A stretch of 64,000 bases of DNA from Nitrospinales bacterium (GTDB taxonomy: Bacteria; Nitrospinota; Nitrospinia; Nitrospinales; VA-1), in the NCBI GenBank assembly GCA_965223795.1, contig CBDCXL010000002.1, positions 1,856,001 to 1,920,000 on the forward strand, given 5' to 3'. Shown piece by piece: positions 42,979-55,072 of this stretch. Position numbers and translations under genes: made by a program. The notes below the pieces were generated by a model that was not told the DNA's origin, made no database searches, and saw only the letters and a list, made by a program, of their open reading frames with translations. The number at the start of each line of letters is the position of its first letter. Position 1 is the stretch's first letter.

Positions 42979-43875
42979 GTGCAGGCTGTTTTATCTCGAG
43001 ACAATGCAGTGAATTCAATCCGTGCGTTCCTCGCGGGAGCGTGCGAAGACCTTGCGCGTTCGGGGGTGTCGTCCGCACGGCTGGATGCGGAGCTTCTGCT
43101 CGCGCATGCGCTCGGCGTCCGGCGTGAAACGATCCATGCGCATCCGGAACGGCGTCTCGATGAACAAGAACACGACCGTGCGCGGCGGTTGATCGACCGG
43201 CGCGCCGGACGCGAACCGGTGGCCTACATTCTGGGCCGCAAGGAATTCATGGGACTCGAATTTGCGGTCACCCCGGATACGCTCATTCCCCGCTGGGAAA
43301 CGGAGGGACTGGTCGCACATTTTTGCGAATGGATCGAAACGGTTTCCTTTCCGCGTCCCCTGCGGCTGCTGGACCTGGGAACCGGATCGGGAAACATTGC
43401 GGTGTGCCTGGCGAAACGGTTTCCGCAAAGCCGCATCATCGCCGCCGATGTCTGTGCCAATGCGCTGGACGTGGCGAAAGCCAACGCAACGCGGCACGGT
43501 GTCGCTGAAAGCGTGCGGTTCGTGCTGAGCGACTGGCTGGAAAACATCGAGGGGGAGCACCACGCGATCCTGTGCAATCCGCCCTACATCGATGAGCAGC
43601 GGATGGCGACCCTGATGCCGGATGTGTGCGATCATGAGCCCGTTCGGGCGCTGAATGGCGGCGAGCGGGGACTGGAGGCGTACCGCCGCCTGATTCCCGA
43701 TGCGCACGCCCGGCTGGTTTCCGGCGGCGGCCTGTTTCTTGAAATCGGCGAGGATCAGGCGGACGCGGTCGGCTCACTGATCGAATCGCATCGGGGCTAT
43801 TCACAACCCAGTGTCATGCAGGATCTCAGCGGCAGCGACCGCATCGTGTTCACGCAGAGGCGAATCGATGGATAA
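42979..43875 (+). CDS. prmC: Release factor glutamine methyltransferase
   Basis: EPVAYILG, LIPRWETE, LDLGTGSG, NPPY; follows prfA; start uncertain. Confidence 0.95.
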   Translation: MQAVLSRDNAVNSIRAFLAGACEDLARSGVSSARLDAELLLAHALGVRRETIHAHPERRLDEQEHDRARRLIDRRAGREPVAYILGRKEFMGLEFAVTPDTLIPRWETEGLVAHFCEWIETVSFPRPLRLLDLGTGSGNIAVCLAKRFPQSRIIAADVCANALDVAKANATRHGVAESVRFVLSDWLENIEGEHHAILCNPPYIDEQRMATLMPDVCDHEPVRALNGGERGLEAYRRLIPDAHARLVSGGGLFLEIGEDQADAVGSLIESHRGYSQPSVMQDLSGSDRIVFTQRRIDG

Positions 43876-45127
43876 ACTCTGGATCGAGGGCGGCCGGCGT
43901 CTGGAAGGCCGGGTTTCGGTGAGCGGCGCGAAAAACGCCGCCCTGCCGCTGCTCGCCGCGACGCTGTTGACCGCGGGCAAGAACGAGATCACGGGACTTC
44001 CGCAGGTACGGGATGTGCGGACGATGGTGCGTCTGTTGAGCGTGCTCGGAGCGCGGGTGGATTTTTTTGAAGGCGACCGCATCGTGCTCGACACGTCGGA
44101 CATCCACAACCACGAAGCCCCCTACGATCTGGTTTCCACCATGCGGGCCTCCTGTCTCGTCCTCGGCCCGCTGCTCGCGCGTCTGGGACGGGCGCGCGTT
44201 TCGCTGCCGGGCGGGTGCGCCATCGGCGCGCGGCCCATGGATCTGCATCTCAAGGGATTGGAAGCGCTCGGGGCGGACATCCAGCTGCAGGAAGGGTACA
44301 TGGACGGCACCGCCAGGCGGCTGCGCGGCAGTCACGTGTATTTCGACACGGTCACCGTCACGGGAACGATGAACCTGATGATGACAGCGGCGCTGACCGA
44401 AGGCGAGACCCTGCTGGAAAATGCGGCGAAGGAACCGGAGGTGGTGTTTCTGGCAGACGTGCTCAACCGGTCGGGCGCGAAGATCGAGGGGCAGGGAAGC
44501 GATGTGATCAGCGTGCAGGGCGTGTCCGGGCTCAAACCCATCGAGTGCCGGGTGTTTCCCGACCGCATCGAAGCGGGGACGTACCTGATGGCGGCGGCCA
44601 TCACCGGCGGGGAGGTGGAGATCGAAAACTGCATTCCCCAGCACCTGGAAGCGGCGATCCACAAGCTGCAGGAAGCGGGCGCTGCCATCGAATCGCAGGG
44701 GACCCGCATCTCTGTGCGCGCCAGGGAACGACTGCGTGGGGTCAACGTCAAGACGCAGCCGCATCCCGGTTTTCCCACGGATCTGCAGGCGCAGTACATG
44801 GGCTTGATGACGCTGGCCGAGGGACAGAGCATCATCGTGGAAAACGTGTTCGAGAACCGGTTCATGCATGCGGCGGAAATGCGGCGCATGGGCGCGGACA
44901 TCACCCTCGACGGCCACACCGCCATCGTCAACGGCGTTGCTCAACTGAGCGGGGCTCCGCTGATGGCGACCGACCTGCGGGCCAGCGCGTCTCTGGTGCT
45001 GACCGCTCTGGCGGCGAAGGGCATCTCGCACATCTCGCGGGTGTATCACATCGACCGGGGCTACGAGGCGATGGAAGAAAAACTTTCCGCGCTGGGCGGG
45101 AAAATCCGCAGGCTCACGGGATTCTGA
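43868..45127 (+). CDS. murA: UDP-N-acetylglucosamine 1-carboxyvinyltransferase
   Basis: SGAKNAALP, LPGGCAIGARP, PGFPTDLQ, TDLRA. Confidence 0.98.
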   Translation: MDKLWIEGGRRLEGRVSVSGAKNAALPLLAATLLTAGKNEITGLPQVRDVRTMVRLLSVLGARVDFFEGDRIVLDTSDIHNHEAPYDLVSTMRASCLVLGPLLARLGRARVSLPGGCAIGARPMDLHLKGLEALGADIQLQEGYMDGTARRLRGSHVYFDTVTVTGTMNLMMTAALTEGETLLENAAKEPEVVFLADVLNRSGAKIEGQGSDVISVQGVSGLKPIECRVFPDRIEAGTYLMAAAITGGEVEIENCIPQHLEAAIHKLQEAGAAIESQGTRISVRARERLRGVNVKTQPHPGFPTDLQAQYMGLMTLAEGQSIIVENVFENRFMHAAEMRRMGADITLDGHTAIVNGVAQLSGAPLMATDLRASASLVLTALAAKGISHISRVYHIDRGYEAMEEKLSALGGKIRRLTGF

Positions 45128-45131
45128 CGCC

Positions 45132-46241
45132 ATGACCCCTCCTTCCGAGACGCCGCTGCACGAAAAAGACCTCCACAACATCGTCCTGTGGATGCCCAAC
45201 TGGATCGGCGATGTGGTGCTGACGATCCCCTCTCTGCAAGCGCTCAGAAAAAAATTTCCGCATTCGCGCGTCACGGTGGTGGCCCGGTCGCCGGCGGACG
45301 AGCTGCTTTCCGGCCACCCGGCGGTGGACACGGTGATCACGCTGCCGTTTCGGCCCAAGAACCGTTTTCTGAGCTCGGTGCGGTTCGCCTGGAACCTGCG
45401 CAAATACCAGTTCGACCTGGGGGTGGTGCTGCCCAATTCGCTGCGGTCGGCGTTGCTTTTGTTTTTGACGGGGGCGAAAAACCGCCTGGGCTACAACACC
45501 GAGGGACGGGACCTGTTCCTCACCCACCCGCTTTCCGTCACCTCAAAGCAGAAACGCAGCCAGTATCGTGTGGATTATTTTTTCAAGATATTTTCTCCGC
45601 TGCATCTGGATGAACCCGAAAGGGAATTCGCGTCTTTGAGACCGGATAAATCCGACCGCCCGGTGGACGAATTTCTCGCCGAGATGGAAATCAATCCCGG
45701 CGATGCGCTGATCGCGGTGCATCCGGGCACCTCGAAACCGGAACGCGGATGGCACACCGACCGCTTCGCCATTCTGTGCCAGAAGCTGGCGAAGATGCGG
45801 CGGGTGAAGATCGTGCTTTTGGGGACGGAATCGGAAGCGGAGCTTTTGCAGAAGATCCACCGTAACTGCCCGCAGGGTGTGGCGCACCGGCTTCCGGCGA
45901 TGAACCTGAGGGAGATCGCGGCGTTGATCGGCCAATGTGAGCTTTTCATCGGCAACGACAGCGGCATGATGCACGTCGCGGCGATGGTGAACACGCCGGT
46001 CGTCGGGATCTTCGGCCCCGGCAGCCCGGACACGTCGGGACCGTACATGAATCCGGAGCTGCAGGAGATCGTGACCAAATCCTACCCCTGCTCCCCGTGC
46101 CGTCAGCGCTTCTTCAAGGAGTGCAAACCCTCGCCGCACTATAAACCCTACTGTCTGGAAGACATCAGCGTGAAGGATGTGTCGGAGGCGGTGGAGCGGT
46201 TGATCGAGCGGGCGAAAAAAAGCGCGTTCGCCAATCGCTGA
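45132..46241 (+). CDS. waaF: Lipopolysaccharide heptosyltransferase II (GT9)
   Basis: PNWIGDVVL, LPNSLRSA, IGNDSGMMHVAA, IFGP. Confidence 0.85.
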   Translation: MTPPSETPLHEKDLHNIVLWMPNWIGDVVLTIPSLQALRKKFPHSRVTVVARSPADELLSGHPAVDTVITLPFRPKNRFLSSVRFAWNLRKYQFDLGVVLPNSLRSALLLFLTGAKNRLGYNTEGRDLFLTHPLSVTSKQKRSQYRVDYFFKIFSPLHLDEPEREFASLRPDKSDRPVDEFLAEMEINPGDALIAVHPGTSKPERGWHTDRFAILCQKLAKMRRVKIVLLGTESEAELLQKIHRNCPQGVAHRLPAMNLREIAALIGQCELFIGNDSGMMHVAAMVNTPVVGIFGPGSPDTSGPYMNPELQEIVTKSYPCSPCRQRFFKECKPSPHYKPYCLEDISVKDVSEAVERLIERAKKSAFANR

Positions 46242-46248
46242 TGCGGGG

Positions 46249-46680
46249 TCAGCGGGAGTCCGGCGCGGAAGGGCCGGTTTTGCCGTCGTTTTCGCCGGAG
46301 CCTTTTTTCACCGCCCAGTGGGGCTCCAGGTCGAAATAGCTGAGGATCAATTCTTCTTCCGCGGCGGTCACGCTGCGCACGTCGAGAGGCGTGGGAGCGT
46401 CCATCAGCGATTCCTTGCGCCAGCGCGTCCGCACCTTGCCCATGTCCACTAGTTTGCAGACCTCCACCGGCACGATCAGGCGTTTTCCCGATATATTGAG
46501 GGTTCCACCCAGGGTGACCACCACATAACGGGGAAGGTAGGTTTCCGGCTCCGCCAGAACCCCTTCGATGCGGGACAGCACGGTGTCGAATTCGTCATAC
46601 AGGTAATGCCCGACGATGCGGTCCTGTTCTCTGAGCTTGTGGATGTTCTCCGTGAGGTGGAGCAGGCGGCTTTCACTCAT
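46249..46680 (-). CDS. PRC-barrel domain protein
   Basis: IEGVLAEPE..PRYVVVTLGGTLNISGKRLIVP pattern; extended -10 (TGCTATAAT, minus strand) at 46756-46764. Confidence 0.7.
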   Translation of the reverse strand: MSESRLLHLTENIHKLREQDRIVGHYLYDEFDTVLSRIEGVLAEPETYLPRYVVVTLGGTLNISGKRLIVPVEVCKLVDMGKVRTRWRKESLMDAPTPLDVRSVTAAEEELILSYFDLEPHWAVKKGSGENDGKTGPSAPDSR

Positions 46681-46856
46681 GGCGATCGGACTGCAAAAGG
46701 TTTGAATTTCCCCGCTTTCCCGGGACGCTGGGTTTGTCTCTATCTTGTTGATTTTATTATAGCATAGCCTCCTTCCGGTTGTTATACTTTATAGATCGAC
46801 CGTCCTTTTTTCGCGGTTTCGCAATCGCTATCCCCAAACGGATCCGGAGGAGACTT

Positions 46857-47693
46857 ATGAGCGGAAAGTTTGTTTCTGCTGCGATGATCGGGTTCTGGCT
46901 GGTTCTGGCTGCCGGGATGTTTTCCGTTCCCACGGCGGCGGACGCTGCTGGAATTTACAAATGGAAAGACGACGCGGGGCGGGTGCATTTCACCGATAAC
47001 CCGCAGAAAATACCTGAAAAATACCGCAAGCGGGCGCGCGTTAAAAAAATGCGTTACCGCAATCCGCCCGCTTCCGCTGCGAAGCCCGTTGCGGGCGCCG
47101 GGCAGGGAGACGCGTTAAGCCCCGCCGATGGACAGAACCCTCCGGCAGCGGGAATGCCAGGGCCGATGGGCGATGAATCCAAGATGATGCAGGAGACGAT
47201 CGCGTTTCTCAAACAGGACATCGCCCGCTACACGAAATATGAAGACTATGTGCCGCAGCGGCGCAGTGCGCTGCAGCTGAGAGAAACCATCGTCGGTGCG
47301 CTGCCCGCCAAGGAAGCGCTGGTGGACAAGCTGAAGGAAGCGCAATCGGCGTCGCTGAAAGAGGCGCAGTCGTTTCTCAAGGCGAGCATCGCCAAGGATC
47401 TGGCGGCGAAGAAGCAGGAGGTTCCCAAGCGGCTGGTGTTCATCGGCGAGCGGACCCGCATCAACGGAGAAAAAATTTTCAAGGAAAGTCTGATCGCTAA
47501 ACTCCAATCCGAGATGACCGCCGCCGCCAGTGCGGCGCCGGAAAATACGCCCGGCGCTCCCAAGGATGCCGGCGGCACACCGCAGGGCGCTCCGCCTGTT
47601 CCCGAAAATGCAGGACCTCCTCCGTCACCGGTTCCGGCGGCGGCACCGCCTGTTGCGGAAGACGGATCTTCCTCCAGGAAAAGCTATTACTGA
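46857..47693 (+). CDS. Exported DUF4124-domain protein with Pro-rich linkers
   Basis: Signal peptide, IYKWKDDAGRVHFTDNP motif; GGAGG SD before ATG 46857. Confidence 0.8.
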   Translation: MSGKFVSAAMIGFWLVLAAGMFSVPTAADAAGIYKWKDDAGRVHFTDNPQKIPEKYRKRARVKKMRYRNPPASAAKPVAGAGQGDALSPADGQNPPAAGMPGPMGDESKMMQETIAFLKQDIARYTKYEDYVPQRRSALQLRETIVGALPAKEALVDKLKEAQSASLKEAQSFLKASIAKDLAAKKQEVPKRLVFIGERTRINGEKIFKESLIAKLQSEMTAAASAAPENTPGAPKDAGGTPQGAPPVPENAGPPPSPVPAAAPPVAEDGSSSRKSYY

Positions 47694-47721
47694 TCGATTG
47701 CGTGAGCGGACCGCCTTTCGC

Positions 47722-47751
47722 TTGCCAATGCAGCGATCCCGGTTTTACAAT
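47722..47751 (+). promoter_or_regulatory. Putative sigma70 promoter of the amino acid symporter
   Basis: TTGCCA-N18-TACAAT. Confidence 0.45.
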
Positions 47752-47891
47752 GAGCCGGTCCGGCCTGCGGGCTGGACCGGGTTCGCTCACGACGGGCAAC
47801 GTTTCCTGCGTCTGAATTGAATTTTTTCCCGAGTCTCCCCCCGCGGGGACCGGTTTTTTTCTCCACTTCCATCCTTCCTTCTGTCTGGCCT

Positions 47892-49247
47892 ATGGAAACC
47901 TTCAATCAAGCACTCGAGACGACCCGAGACATCGTGTGGGGCCCATGGCTCCTGATCCTCCTGGTCGGCACCGGCGTTTTTCTCACCGTCCGGCTCAAGG
48001 GCATTCAGTTCCGTCAACTCGGCTACGCGCTCCGGCTCACCTTTGCCAAGGAACGGGAGGGCGATGGAGACATCTCGCATCTCGGCGCGTTGATGACGGC
48101 GCTCGCTTCCACCATCGGCGTGGGCAACATCGCGGGCGTGAGCACGGCGGTGGCGCTGGGCGGGCCGGGCGCGGTGTTCTGGATGTGGGTCACGGCGCTG
48201 TTCGGGATGGCGACGAAATACAGCGAGGGACTGCTGGCGGTCAAGTACCGCAAGGTGAATGCGGATGGAAACATCTCGGGCGGTCCCATGTATTACCTGC
48301 ATGAGGGGCTGGGGAAAAAATGGCTGGGGATGTGCTTCGCTTTTTTCGGTGCGATCGCGGCGTTCGGCATCGGCAACATGGTGCAGGCCAACACCACGGC
48401 CGACGCGCTGGCGGAATTCGGTTTTCCTCCCCATTGGGTGGGCGTGTGCCTGGCTTTTGTGACGGCGCTGGTGATCCTGGGAGGCATCCAGCGCATCGCG
48501 CAGGTGTCCATCCTTCTGGTTCCCGCTCTGGTGGTGTTTTATTTCGGCGGCGCCCTGATCGTGATCCTGAAAAACCTTTCGCAGGTGGGGCCGGGACTGT
48601 TGGGTATTTTCAAGCAGGCGTTCACCGGCACCGCCGTCACCGGCGGGTTCGCCGGCGCGACGGTGGCGCAGGCTTTGCAGTCCGGGGTGGCGCGGGGACT
48701 TTTTTCCAACGAGTCCGGGCTGGGCAGCGCGCCCATCGCGGCGGCGGCGGCGCGCACCAATCAGCCCGCGAAGCAGGCGCTGGTGTCGATGACCGGGACG
48801 TTTCTCGACACGCTCGTGGTGTGCAGCTTCACCGCGCTGGTGCTGGCCGCGACCGGGGCCTGGGAATCGGGCGCGACGGGTGCGGCTCTCACCATCCAGG
48901 CGTTTTCCGCCGGACTGCCGGGAGACTGGGGCAAATGGATCGTGACGATCAGCGTGGTCAACTTCGCGTTCTCCACCATTCTGGGCTGGAGTTATTACGG
49001 TGAGAAGTGCCTGGAGTTTCTCGCCGGCGTGAAGGTGGTGCCGGTGTACCGGGTGGTGTGGGTGTTTTTCGTGCTGCTGGGCGCGGTGATGAAGCTGGAG
49101 GTGGTCTGGCTGCTTTCGGACATCATGAACGGGCTGATGGCGGCGCCCAATCTGATCGGGCTTTTGCTCCTGAGCGGCGTGCTGGTGCGGGAAACGCGGG
49201 AGTTTGAAAACGGGGTGGCGGCCGGCCGGATCGACAAATACGATTGA
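47892..49247 (+). CDS. Sodium:alanine/glycine symporter (AGCS family)
   Basis: [44 protein letters not shown]. Confidence 0.93.
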   Translation: METFNQALETTRDIVWGPWLLILLVGTGVFLTVRLKGIQFRQLGYALRLTFAKEREGDGDISHLGALMTALASTIGVGNIAGVSTAVALGGPGAVFWMWVTALFGMATKYSEGLLAVKYRKVNADGNISGGPMYYLHEGLGKKWLGMCFAFFGAIAAFGIGNMVQANTTADALAEFGFPPHWVGVCLAFVTALVILGGIQRIAQVSILLVPALVVFYFGGALIVILKNLSQVGPGLLGIFKQAFTGTAVTGGFAGATVAQALQSGVARGLFSNESGLGSAPIAAAAARTNQPAKQALVSMTGTFLDTLVVCSFTALVLAATGAWESGATGAALTIQAFSAGLPGDWGKWIVTISVVNFAFSTILGWSYYGEKCLEFLAGVKVVPVYRVVWVFFVLLGAVMKLEVVWLLSDIMNGLMAAPNLIGLLLLSGVLVRETREFENGVAAGRIDKYD

Positions 49248-49341
49248 AAAAGCATCCCCGGCTGCCGGGTTCCTGGGCTGGCAAAACGCGGGCGCGTGTG
49301 CTACAAGGAAGGGGATCCACAAACAAATGCGGTAGGACGCA

Positions 49342-49746
49342 ATGGCGTTTTGTCCCAAATGCGAAGCCGAGTTCCGCCCGGAAATGAGCCTGTGCCCGGA
49401 CTGCAACGTGCAATTGGTGGACGCACTGAGCGGTGAAGAGCGTGAGATCGAAGAGCTCGCCGTCGTGGTCACGATGACGCAGGAACCCGATGCGTACATC
49501 CTAAGGGGATTTCTTGAAAATGAAGGCATCCCCTGCGTGCTGGAAAACGTTTCCTTCCACGCGAGCCCGGCTCCGGCCGGGGAACTCACCAAGGTGCGGC
49601 TGTGGGCCAAAAAGACGGATGTGGCTAAAGCGCGCGCCCTGATCCAGGAACACGAGGACTACCCCACCTGTTCCTCCTGCCACCATGTGGTGCTGGCGCA
49701 GGACACGACCTGCGACTTCTGCGGCGAACCGCTGGATGCGCCCTGA
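49342..49746 (+). CDS. DUF2007-like protein flanked by N- and C-terminal Zn ribbons
   Basis: CPKC...CPDC, central ILRGFLENEGIP, C-terminal CSSC...CDFC. Confidence 0.72.
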   Translation: MAFCPKCEAEFRPEMSLCPDCNVQLVDALSGEEREIEELAVVVTMTQEPDAYILRGFLENEGIPCVLENVSFHASPAPAGELTKVRLWAKKTDVAKARALIQEHEDYPTCSSCHHVVLAQDTTCDFCGEPLDAP

Positions 49747-49797
49747 ACGTTCCCGCCCACCGAAATTTCACAGCGGCATCGCTCCCTTCATTCTCCT

Positions 49798-49971
49798 TTA
49801 ATCTACAAAACGGAATTTTCAAATCGTAGAATCTGCAATCTTCGGCTGAGCAGGATCATCACGTGGGCAGGTCTCAATCCACGAATCGGAATTTTTCAAA
49901 TCGTAGAATCTGCAATCTTCGGCCGAACGGAAGCATCACGTGGGCAGGTCTCAATCCACGAATCGGAATTT
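49798..49971. repeat. Tandem 76/77-bp direct repeat carrying three copies of the GT2 gene 3' end (att-site-like)
   Basis: Units begin at CGGAATTT 49811 and 49887, with a third CGGAATTT at 49964; units are identical except for a 10-nt patch and one T. Confidence 0.9.
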
Positions 49972-50634
49972 AAAGATATACCAGAGGGCGGCGATGCCGT
50001 CTTTCCAGGTGATCTTTTTTCCTTCCGAATAGTCGCGGCCGCTGTAGGAGATGGGCACTTCGTAAACGCGCATTTTTCTTTTTGAAATTTTGCTGGTGAT
50101 CTCCGGCTCGAAACCGAAACGGTCGCATTTCAGTTTGATGCTTTCCAGTGCTTTGCGGGTGAACACCTTGTAGCCGGTTTCCATGTCGGTGAGATTGAGG
50201 TTGGTGAGCATGTTGGAAAGCGTCGTCAGCACCTTGTTGCCGACGTAGTGCCAGTAAAACAGCACGCGGTGCGGGCCGCCGAGAAACCGCGATCCGAACA
50301 CCACATCGGCGCGGCCGTCGAGGATGGGTTCCAGCAGGGAGTCGTAGTCTCTGGGGTCGTATTCCAGGTCTGCGTCCTGAACGATGACCACATCGCCGGT
50401 GACGCGGGCAAAACCGGTGCGCAGGGCCGCGCCTTTGCCGCGGTTTTTTTCGTGACGCAGAATCACAAAGCCGGTGCGGTTTTCGAACTCGTTGAGGATG
50501 CCGCCGCTCGTGTCGGTGGAACCGTCGTCGATCAGGATGATTTCCTTTTCGTGAGAGGTGGTTTCCACTTTGCGGATGATTTCGCGCAGGGTGGCCTGCT
50601 CGTTGTAGACGGGAATGACGATCGAAATTTTCAC
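49951..50634 (-). CDS. Glycosyltransferase family 2 (DPM1-like polyprenol-phosphate sugar synthase type)
   Basis: ISIVIPVYNE, IDDGSTD, GKGAA, QDADLEYDP, GSRF, DMETGYK, FGFEPE; start set at GTG 50634. Confidence 0.92.
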   Translation of the reverse strand: MKISIVIPVYNEQATLREIIRKVETTSHEKEIILIDDGSTDTSGGILNEFENRTGFVILRHEKNRGKGAALRTGFARVTGDVVIVQDADLEYDPRDYDSLLEPILDGRADVVFGSRFLGGPHRVLFYWHYVGNKVLTTLSNMLTNLNLTDMETGYKVFTRKALESIKLKCDRFGFEPEITSKISKRKMRVYEVPISYSGRDYSEGKKITWKDGIAALWYIFKFRFVD

Positions 50635-50859
50635 GGGAAGAGAGGGGTTGTCCAGGCGTGGGATGCGGGCGGCGGGGACCGTGTGAGACCCTGACAGAAC
50701 ATGTCCGGAAGAGGGATCCCAGGGTTCCGGGCCGCGGTTATCACGGCGATCCTGGTCCGATGCCAGGCACAATCGCGGGTAGTTTAAGTCAAGCCGAAAA
50801 AAAAGTCTAAAAATTTTTAATGCTGCTCATAAATTCCCTAAAGTCGCGGTGGTGCCGGA

Positions 50860-51369
50860 TTATTTCAGGCGCAGGTTTTGCGCTTGCAGACTGTGAATGA
50901 GTTTTTCGGAAATCACGCCGGTCAACAGTCCCGAGATCAGAGCCAGGGTGAGGAACACCGGCAGCAGGTGGAGGAAGGCGGGTTCGCGGACGAAAAGCAG
51001 AAACACGCACAACACGACGGCGAGGGTGTGGGCGTAGGCGCCGGAGACGCTGACGCCGATCAGGCTGAACGGTCCTTTGCCGTTGCGGTAAAAGAGCGCC
51101 ATCAACAGGGCGGCGCTGAATCCGCCCATGAGGCTGAGAAAGAACGTGGGGCCGAGAAACGTCCCGCCGACGACGGAACCCAGGATCACCCGCAGCCCGG
51201 TGACGATGAGGGCTTCCTTGAATCCCAGAAACACCAGCGCGGCGAGGGTCATGATGTTCGCGAGCCCCAGTTTGATCCAGGGGGAGGGCAAAGGCAGAAG
51301 CGCCTCGACGCGGTGCAGGATCACTCCCAGGGCAACGAGAAACGCCATGGAGAGGAGCTTTTTGTCCAC
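50860..51369 (-). CDS. Gx transporter family membrane protein (often annotated heptaprenyl diphosphate synthase component I)
   Basis: EALLPLPSPWIKLGLANI, SLIGVSVSGAYAH; start uncertain. Confidence 0.78.
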   Translation of the reverse strand: MDKKLLSMAFLVALGVILHRVEALLPLPSPWIKLGLANIMTLAALVFLGFKEALIVTGLRVILGSVVGGTFLGPTFFLSLMGGFSAALLMALFYRNGKGPFSLIGVSVSGAYAHTLAVVLCVFLLFVREPAFLHLLPVFLTLALISGLLTGVISEKLIHSLQAQNLRLK

Positions 51370-51409
51370 GGCCGGGAACGGCGTGGAGGAGCGGGGAGGC
51401 CCGGCTGGT

Positions 51410-53875
<2,466 letters not shown>

Positions 53876-53897
53876 GGAACCGCCGATGCGTTTGGGG

Positions 53898-54833
53898 TTA
53901 AGCCAAAAGTCGCTTCAGGTGGATGAGAACCGAATCGCTCAGATCCTCCGGGTTGTATCCGCCTTCGAGCATGGAGATGAGCCTGCCCTCGCAGATTTCT
54001 TCCGCCGCCTGTTTGATGCGTTCCGTCATCTTACCATAGCCTTCGGTGCTCACTTCCATGTTGGCGAGCGGATCGTTGCGGTGTGCGTCGAAACCGGCGG
54101 AAATGATGATGAGGTCGGGCTTGTAGCGCATCATCTCCGGGATGAGCTTGTTTTCGACCAGGTCGAGGTAGACCGTGTCGCCGCAGTAGGCGTCGAGCGG
54201 AAAGTTGAGCGTCGTTCCCAGCCCGTCGCCGCTGCCGGTTTCGTCTCCGGCACCGGTGCCCGGATAAAACGGGTACTGGTGGACGCTGGAATAATATACG
54301 GATGGATCGCCGTAAAAGGAATGCTGGGTGCCGTTGCCGTGGTGCACGTCCCAGTCAAAGATGAACACACGGTTCATTTGTTTCTTCTCGATCGCGTAGC
54401 GTGCGGCGACGGCGACGTTGTTGAACAGACAGAATCCCATTGCGCGCTGCTGTTCGGCGTGGTGGCCGGGGGGACGCACGGCGCAGAAAGCATTGCGGCT
54501 GCCTTCTTCCATCACCCAGTCCACTGCGTCCATGCCCGCACCGGCGGCGAGCAGCGCCGCTTCGTACGACTGGCCGCTCACCACAGTGTCCGCGTCCAGC
54601 TGCCGCACGCCTCCCTCGCAGGCCTGCTGCACTTGCTCCACGTAGCCCGGATCGTGGTTTCTGCCGATGTCATCGATGGCCGCTTTGTTCGGTTCGCGCA
54701 CGGAAAGCTGCGCGTAGATCTCCGACTCTCTCACCTTGCTGTCGATGGCGCGCAGGCGGCCGGGGTTTTCCGGATGCGGTTCGGTTTCATGCTTGAGGTA
54801 CAGGGGATTGTAATAATAGGCAGTCTGGCTCAC
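53898..54833 (-). CDS. Histone deacetylase-family (Zn-dependent) amidohydrolase
   Basis: HPENPGRL, RPPGHHA, GFCLFNN, DWDVHHGNGTQ, SAGFD, LEGGY. Confidence 0.93.
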   Translation of the reverse strand: MSQTAYYYNPLYLKHETEPHPENPGRLRAIDSKVRESEIYAQLSVREPNKAAIDDIGRNHDPGYVEQVQQACEGGVRQLDADTVVSGQSYEAALLAAGAGMDAVDWVMEEGSRNAFCAVRPPGHHAEQQRAMGFCLFNNVAVAARYAIEKKQMNRVFIFDWDVHHGNGTQHSFYGDPSVYYSSVHQYPFYPGTGAGDETGSGDGLGTTLNFPLDAYCGDTVYLDLVENKLIPEMMRYKPDLIIISAGFDAHRNDPLANMEVSTEGYGKMTERIKQAAEEICEGRLISMLEGGYNPEDLSDSVLIHLKRLLA

Positions 54834-55072
54834 TCGTTTTGCGCCTTCCGTTCGGGGGAATTTCTCTGAGAAACCGCCCGCTACTTCGGCAGACGGTACG
54901 TCCGCCCGCTAGCGACCCAAGCCCGATTGGGCGTGAATAGGGTGTTCCCGGATTTTTGAACGCACGTTCACCGTGCCGGTTTCTTCCGGTCTGACGGGCT
55001 TGTGTCTTTGCTTCACCTGGAAATGATGAGAGAATATCAAAATCCCCAATTTGGAGCAACCGGATTGAATTC

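Noticed and set aside
47752..47891. Possible glycine riboswitch upstream of the AGCS symporter
   Set aside because: A GC-rich hairpin (CCGGTCC...GGACCGG) is present, but the conserved GGAGA / CCGAAG / CTCTCAGG elements are not.
49811..49971. Tandem repeat as a possible CRISPR array or DGR template/variable repeat
   Set aside because: Only two units with a ~66-nt constant part and a 10-nt half-identical variable patch; no cas or reverse transcriptase genes nearby; the differences are not adenine-specific.
50640..50790. GC-rich spacer containing GTCCGGAAG, reminiscent of SRP RNA or 6S RNA
   Set aside because: It lacks the SRP CAGG...GGAAGCAGC symmetric loop and I could not build a convincing long 6S-type hairpin.
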